From: an uncultured Methanospirillum sp.
GTDB lineage: Archaea > Halobacteriota > Methanomicrobia > Methanomicrobiales > Methanospirillaceae
NCBI GenBank assembly: GCA_964637135.1
Contig: CAZWTX010000007.1
Span: 62,001-94,857 of the forward strand
Length of the DNA: 32,857 bases
Direction of reading: 5' to 3'
Made by a program: the position numbers and the translations under genes. This document shows positions 28,338-32,857 of this stretch, piece by piece. The notes under the pieces were generated by a model that saw only the letters and a list, made by a program, of their open reading frames with translations, was not told the origin of the DNA and searched no databases. Positions within the stretch are counted from its first letter, which is position 1, and every line of letters starts with the position of its first letter.

Positions 28338-28389
28338 CAAGATCGCAGGGGCGAATTATTATTTGGACATCAATTCATACTCATAAAAT

Positions 28390-28992
28390 ATGTCATATAT
28401 TTCTGAAAAATTAGAAGAAACCGATTATTTTTTAATGCAAATGATAATTATTGAAAACTTATTAATACGGCCACACTCTCTACAAAATCGAAACAGGTTT
28501 GTTAAATTTTTTATCTCAACTCATATAAGCATAGAAAAAATTTTTTTAAAAAATAATTCCATAGGTAGAATTACTCAATTACAAAAATATTACCAATATA
28601 ATTTTAGTGCCTTTTTACATGCCTCAAATTCTGTTCTTGATTATGTGAAGGAAAATGATAAACAACTGTTTAGAAATTCTATTAGTAATAACTGTAATTT
28701 AATTTTTATGAGGAATATAAGAAATATTAATACTCACCATAAACCACAAAAGGGAAAGATGCTGCAAGTATTACATCTAGGAAGCAATGAACCCTATGTA
28801 GATAATCACTTTTTTTTTGAGGGAATTAATTGGAATTTATTAGGGTCTCATATATTTGATCATTGTAAAAAAAGATGTTGTAATTCTAATAACACATGCC
28901 CTGATTGTATCAAAAATAAATTTGTTACAGATTCTTCAAGAATTTTTTTAAATAACTTGAAAAATTTTATTAAATCAAATAATATTAGTTAA
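28390..28992 (+). CDS. AT-rich foreign gene, candidate HEPN-superfamily nuclease
   Basis: 200 codons stay open despite roughly 20-25% GC (eye estimate). Helical pattern YNFSAFL.A..SV.DY followed by RNINTH (Rx4H), and a C-terminal Cys cluster. Confidence 0.6.
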   Translation: MSYISEKLEETDYFLMQMIIIENLLIRPHSLQNRNRFVKFFISTHISIEKIFLKNNSIGRITQLQKYYQYNFSAFLHASNSVLDYVKENDKQLFRNSISNNCNLIFMRNIRNINTHHKPQKGKMLQVLHLGSNEPYVDNHFFFEGINWNLLGSHIFDHCKKRCCNSNNTCPDCIKNKFVTDSSRIFLNNLKNFIKSNNIS

Positions 28993-29117
28993 ATTTTTTA
29001 ATTCAGGAGTTATGTCGAGGCACACAACCCCTAAAGCGGTGATCGGATTGATCCGCTGAAAACAATCCCCGCCGCTTTCACGGCACTACAATATCCGCTC
29101 TGCTCTGGCATAAGTGC

Positions 29118-29306
29118 TCACCGGGAAATCCCGGACAGACTATCAAGCAGATCAACAATTTCCACTTCTCCGGCTTTGGTTGCCTTCACCGTCATGATAA
29201 CGTCCCGGATAACCTGAGCATATCGCCAGTACATCAGTATCATCCCGATACGGTTCCCGATTGTAAGAACCAGGGATACAACGGTAACGATACTCATGAG
29301 ATTCAT
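29118..29306 (-). CDS. Small hypothetical protein with hydrophobic N-terminus
   Basis: 62 aa. GGGGTGA RBS, and ATGA overlap with the upstream ORF stop. Confidence 0.45.
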   Translation of the reverse strand: MNLMSIVTVVSLVLTIGNRIGMILMYWRYAQVIRDVIMTVKATKAGEVEIVDLLDSLSGISR

Positions 29307-29587
29307 GATTCACCCCCGTATTCTCCGTACTCACTCACATTCATCCTGCCTGCAGCAACAGACCGCTCTTCCTGTGTCCAGTTTACGGTCCCGGTCTTCT
29401 TACTCAGTGAAACCAGCCCTGATCCGGTGATGTCAACACCTTCGGCTGTCAGATCCTCTGACATTCCCCGGACTGCAGTATAATTCCCTGATGCCAGGAT
29501 TCCCCGGGTCGTCTTACACCACTCAATCAGCGGCTTTCGCATCGGCAACGTCCCGGTGCCTGGGAAGATTCTCGAAGCAGATCTCAT
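29303..29587 (-). CDS. Small hypothetical protein (possibly degenerate)
   Basis: 94 aa. GGAGG upstream, and translationally coupled to 29118..29306. Confidence 0.4.
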   Translation of the reverse strand: MRSASRIFPGTGTLPMRKPLIEWCKTTRGILASGNYTAVRGMSEDLTAEGVDITGSGLVSLSKKTGTVNWTQEERSVAAGRMNVSEYGEYGGES

Positions 29588-29716
29588 AGATTATACCTTT
29601 CCTCCAGTTCAGATAGTGAAAATTAAATTTGTGAAATTAGATGTCAGTTCTTTTTGAAAACAGTAGACTTGTCCGATTACAGAAAAAAGAATTACCCGGA
29701 TAAAATCCGGTGATAT

Positions 29717-30940
29717 TCAGCCTTTCCCGTCCCTGAACAGCGGAGGGAGGTGTACGTTCTGCCATTCTTTATCCATGACATTCACCCAGAGGTTCAGAGT
29801 CTTCGGTTCAAAGACAACCTGATGGTTGCTTGAGAACAAACCGCCTCCAAGGTCCGAATGACAGAACTTGGAGCCCCCATCCTCGATGCAGACATCCCGG
29901 ATATCCATCATCTTTTCAGCATCGATCGATCCTTTTGCTTCCTCTGCCTGGCTGAGGAGATTGTTGTACCGGGAGAGCGTATGCTCAGCAGGAGCAGGAA
30001 GGTTCCAGGACGAATCCACGAAATGGTTGGCAGCCGCAACAATTCCGTCGCCACTCCTCTGCACGGTCCGGTTGGTGGATTTCTCGTAAACATACGCCTT
30101 ATCCGGACCGGCGACATCCACGATCCAGGCAGCGTCAGGGAGGGTTCCCCGTATCGCTGCATCGAGAGCAGTCAGGTCAGAATAATCGAACATGAACCTG
30201 AAATATTCGGTGATAAATTCAGGAACCGGTTCCTGTGGATTATCATTGAGGCCTGAGTTATCATCGGCGATGAAGAGACCCTTATCGTTCACAAAGGTTT
30301 CCGGTCTGACTCCGGCCGGGCTCCAGGTTGCAATCGCATTGCTGCCGTCAGTCGGGCGGTAAATGGTAAGAACATACCATTCCGTAAACGGCAACAAAGA
30401 ATCAGCAAGATCCCAGTTACGGGAGACGACCGGAGATCCGTCGGTCGTGTAATCTCCCCAGGTTGCCAGGTACGAGCACTCGACCGGTGCAGCCTGGGTC
30501 TCGGAAGAGGCAATTATCAGGAAGATAGGCCCATAATAAATGACTGCTACCTCATCAGGCGAAAGCCCGGAGGTCTCTGACATGCCGGTCAGGATCTCCT
30601 TTACCCGTTCCGGGTAATTCACGGTGACATTTCGGGCGAGAGTCTGTATCTCGTCCATGGTCATCCCCTCCCCGGTAACGGTGTCAATGATGAAGGTATA
30701 CTCATCATTCAGTTCGGTTTTCATCAGGCCGCCGTACTGCCGGCCCATCTCGCGGTATAAGCCGGTAAGCACGATGACCGGGTAGATTCCGGCCTGGTAC
30801 CGGTATCCATCCTCGAACGTGGCAACGAGGGGGAGATCAGGTCCCAGGGTCGCGGCAGGAGATGTATTCTGCGATACGGACAGCACTGATGCCGGGATGA
30901 GCAGCATACAGAGCAGCAGAAGAAGGGGATACACTCGCAT
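29717..30940 (-). CDS. Secreted peptidase C45-family Ntn hydrolase
   Basis: Signal peptide, G.YREMGRQYG, E..GM.E.SG, autoprocessing Cys in VECS, SRNWD, VNDKGL, ANHF and SRY. Confidence 0.85.
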   Translation of the reverse strand: MRVYPLLLLLCMLLIPASVLSVSQNTSPAATLGPDLPLVATFEDGYRYQAGIYPVIVLTGLYREMGRQYGGLMKTELNDEYTFIIDTVTGEGMTMDEIQTLARNVTVNYPERVKEILTGMSETSGLSPDEVAVIYYGPIFLIIASSETQAAPVECSYLATWGDYTTDGSPVVSRNWDLADSLLPFTEWYVLTIYRPTDGSNAIATWSPAGVRPETFVNDKGLFIADDNSGLNDNPQEPVPEFITEYFRFMFDYSDLTALDAAIRGTLPDAAWIVDVAGPDKAYVYEKSTNRTVQRSGDGIVAAANHFVDSSWNLPAPAEHTLSRYNNLLSQAEEAKGSIDAEKMMDIRDVCIEDGGSKFCHSDLGGGLFSSNHQVVFEPKTLNLWVNVMDKEWQNVHLPPLFRDGKG

Positions 30941-31046
30941 AATGATACCAGGATATTGAAGTATATAATCCCGTGGAAATTATCAATTGAAACTCATGTC
31001 GGTTTCAACAATGCCCGGATTCCTTTTTAGTACTCCCAGATAGAAC

Positions 31047-31646
31047 TCAGGCATCCCCGGTGATCTTCATCTCAAAAAGGGTGGAACAGATCGTTTCAAA
31101 CTGGCACCTTATCTCGTTGGGATCCATTCCCCGCATGATCGAGCTGCCAAGCCCGCCAAGGATGTTAAACATGGCAAAGGCAAGAGTTCGGGGTTCGCAA
31201 TCAGTCCGGATATTTCCCTGTGCCTGCTGAACTTCGAAACAATGGGTCATCTTCTGGATCGCTTCGTTGGCGAGATCGGAAAAGATCTGGTTTATCTCCG
31301 GTTTCCGAAGTGAGACAGCCCTGACTTCGTGTATGAAAGCAACCTGTTCCCTCGATCTGCCAAGAAACCCTTCGAGAAAGCCACGATAGATCTCATAGGG
31401 ATTTGTTCCGGATGAAAATTTTATGGCGGTATCATGGAGGTCTTCGTGAACCAGCCTGATGATCTCTCCGACAAGGTCATCCTTGTTCTTGAAATAGATA
31501 TACAGGGCTCCTTTACTGACACCGATATGTGAGGCGATGTCTTCGAGGGTGGTTGCATAGTACCCTTTCCGTGACATAACCTCAAGGCCTGCCTGGATGA
31601 TCTTCTTCTTTGCTTCTTCACGGTATTCCGGAATGACCTTCGGCAT
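31047..31646 (-). CDS. TetR/AcrR-family transcriptional regulator
   Basis: IIQAGLEV.SRKGY..TTLEDIA.HIGVSKGALY.YF.NK.DL HTH signature. Confidence 0.95.
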   Translation of the reverse strand: MPKVIPEYREEAKKKIIQAGLEVMSRKGYYATTLEDIASHIGVSKGALYIYFKNKDDLVGEIIRLVHEDLHDTAIKFSSGTNPYEIYRGFLEGFLGRSREQVAFIHEVRAVSLRKPEINQIFSDLANEAIQKMTHCFEVQQAQGNIRTDCEPRTLAFAMFNILGGLGSSIMRGMDPNEIRCQFETICSTLFEMKITGDA

Positions 31647-31769
31647 CGTTATCTACCATCTGTTCTCAGGAACTATAAATCTTCAGTAATAATAGTGACT
31701 CTTTGGTTAATTTTATTAAAATATGGTTAGTAATATGGCTAAGCAGCTTTTACATATCCAGGTATTCTT

Positions 31770-32857
31770 ATGAGTCAACATCAGCACGATTCCGGTGATC
31801 AGGGATCGGTTTCCTCCTATCAACCCCCGAAACTCTCTCCCTCCGAGATTCCCTATATTCTCGGGGGTATCATGCTCGGCCTTCTCGTCGCAGCGCTAGA
31901 CGGGACGATCGTCAGTACCGTGATGCCGACAATCATCCGCGATCTCCATGGTGCTGAGTTCTATGTCTGGCCGTTTACCTCGTACATGCTCACGTCAACG
32001 ATCTCGATTATCCTGTTTGGTAAAATCTCAGATCTCTACGGAAGAAAGAAGATCTTTCTCCTCGGGATCGGGGTATTCCTTGCTGGATCTATCCTCTGCG
32101 GCTTCTCTCCGGATATGCTCTCCCTAATCGTTTCACGGGCAATTCAGGGAGTAGGCGGTGGAATTATCATCACCCTCTCATTCATCATGGTTGCAATCCT
32201 CTTCCCGGTCTGGGAGCGGGGGAAGTATATCGGGATCCTGGTATCGGTCTTCGGGATTTCCAGCGTAGCAGGTCCGTTACTTGGAGGTCTGATCACCGAT
32301 ATCGCCGGATGGAACTGGGTATTTTTCATCAATATCCCAATCGGCATTCTTGCCATCCTGCTGGTCACGAAAAAGTATCCGGAAGTGCGATTCAGAACCA
32401 GAGTTCCCCGGCTCGATCTCGCTGGAATGGTGACCTTTGTCTGCCTGATGATTCCGCTCTTCCTAGCCCTCTCCTGTGCCGGAGTAGTATATACGTGGAC
32501 ATCACCTGAGATTCTCGGTCTTGCAGGACTCGCAGTCGTACTGATTCCGGTCTTTCTCTGGATCGAGAAGAGGGCCTCTGATCCCCTGATTCCTCTGCAT
32601 TTTTACAAGAACACGGTCTTTCAGATCTCGGTGATCGTCTCATTCCTCACGATGGGACTGATGTATGCCTGCATCATCTACCTCCCCCTCTTCATGCAGG
32701 ACGTACAGAAGTCAACCGCTTCAGAGTCAGGGATGGTTATCACCCCAATGGTCGTCTCGATGATCATCGCCTCCTATATTGCTGGACAACTCGTCTCCCG
32801 CATGCGTCGGTACAGAATCCTTGCCATCCTGAGTGTAACAATGATCCTTATCGGATT
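31770..32857 (+). CDS. MFS DHA2 (EmrB/QacA-like) transporter, truncated by window end
   Basis: Hand translation from ATG 31770: AALDGTIVSTVMPTI, GKISDLYGRK, SRAIQGVGGG, GPLLGG, W.WVFFINIPIG. Still in frame at the window end. Divergent from TetR. Confidence 0.92.
   Translation, partial: MSQHQHDSGDQGSVSSYQPPKLSPSEIPYILGGIMLGLLVAALDGTIVSTVMPTIIRDLHGAEFYVWPFTSYMLTSTISIILFGKISDLYGRKKIFLLGIGVFLAGSILCGFSPDMLSLIVSRAIQGVGGGIIITLSFIMVAILFPVWERGKYIGILVSVFGISSVAGPLLGGLITDIAGWNWVFFINIPIGILAILLVTKKYPEVRFRTRVPRLDLAGMVTFVCLMIPLFLALSCAGVVYTWTSPEILGLAGLAVVLIPVFLWIEKRASDPLIPLHFYKNTVFQISVIVSFLTMGLMYACIIYLPLFMQDVQKSTASESGMVITPMVVSMIIASYIAGQLVSRMRRYRILAILSVTMILIG

Noticed and set aside
28179..28406. ORFs 28179..28406 and 28201..28386
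   Set aside because: They run through the palindromic GC-rich element and are likely incidental.
31690..31735. TetR operator between tetR and the MFS gene
   Set aside because: Only a weak imperfect palindrome (gtgactctttggttaa) in AT-rich DNA, which is not enough to call.
957..32643. Numerous other 60-210 aa ORFs nested in or antisense to the long genes
   Set aside because: They overlap well-supported CDSs in other frames and lack domain signatures.
1..32857. CRISPR array, tRNA or rRNA genes
   Set aside because: No regularly spaced repeats, cloverleaf or rRNA-like sequence was seen by eye.

Overview
Accessory region of a methanogenic archaeon, most likely Methanomicrobiales and Methanospirillum-like. 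This is inferred from a multi-PAS soluble chemoreceptor, an MTH865-family gene, an Msr-type C-terminal wHTH regulator, archaeal GGTGA/GGAGG ribosome-binding sites and U-rich terminators. From left to right it holds: a partly decayed toxin-antitoxin cluster (HEPN/MNT, MNT relics, RelE-type pair) around a secreted metallophosphoesterase; a secreted type II asparaginase; a divergent glycyl radical enzyme with its activase (Cys loop DGCWEP, Gly loop VRAGGW) followed by IS5-family debris; an MFS exporter; two rsgA paralogues (one apparently frameshifted) bracketing a secreted protein and an MCP; a fascin-like protein; an orphan ABC binding protein; a Cys-rich regulator divergent from an unlisted 53-aa Cys/His microprotein plus MTH865; a run of secreted cell-wall/peptide hydrolase homologues (M23, PBP4/DacB pseudogene, transglutaminase-like, C45) interrupted by a small foreign islet with GAA mini-hairpins and a very AT-rich RxxxxH gene; and a TetR/MFS pair. 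No rRNA, tRNA or CRISPR array was seen. All family assignments come from motif recognition by eye, not database searches.
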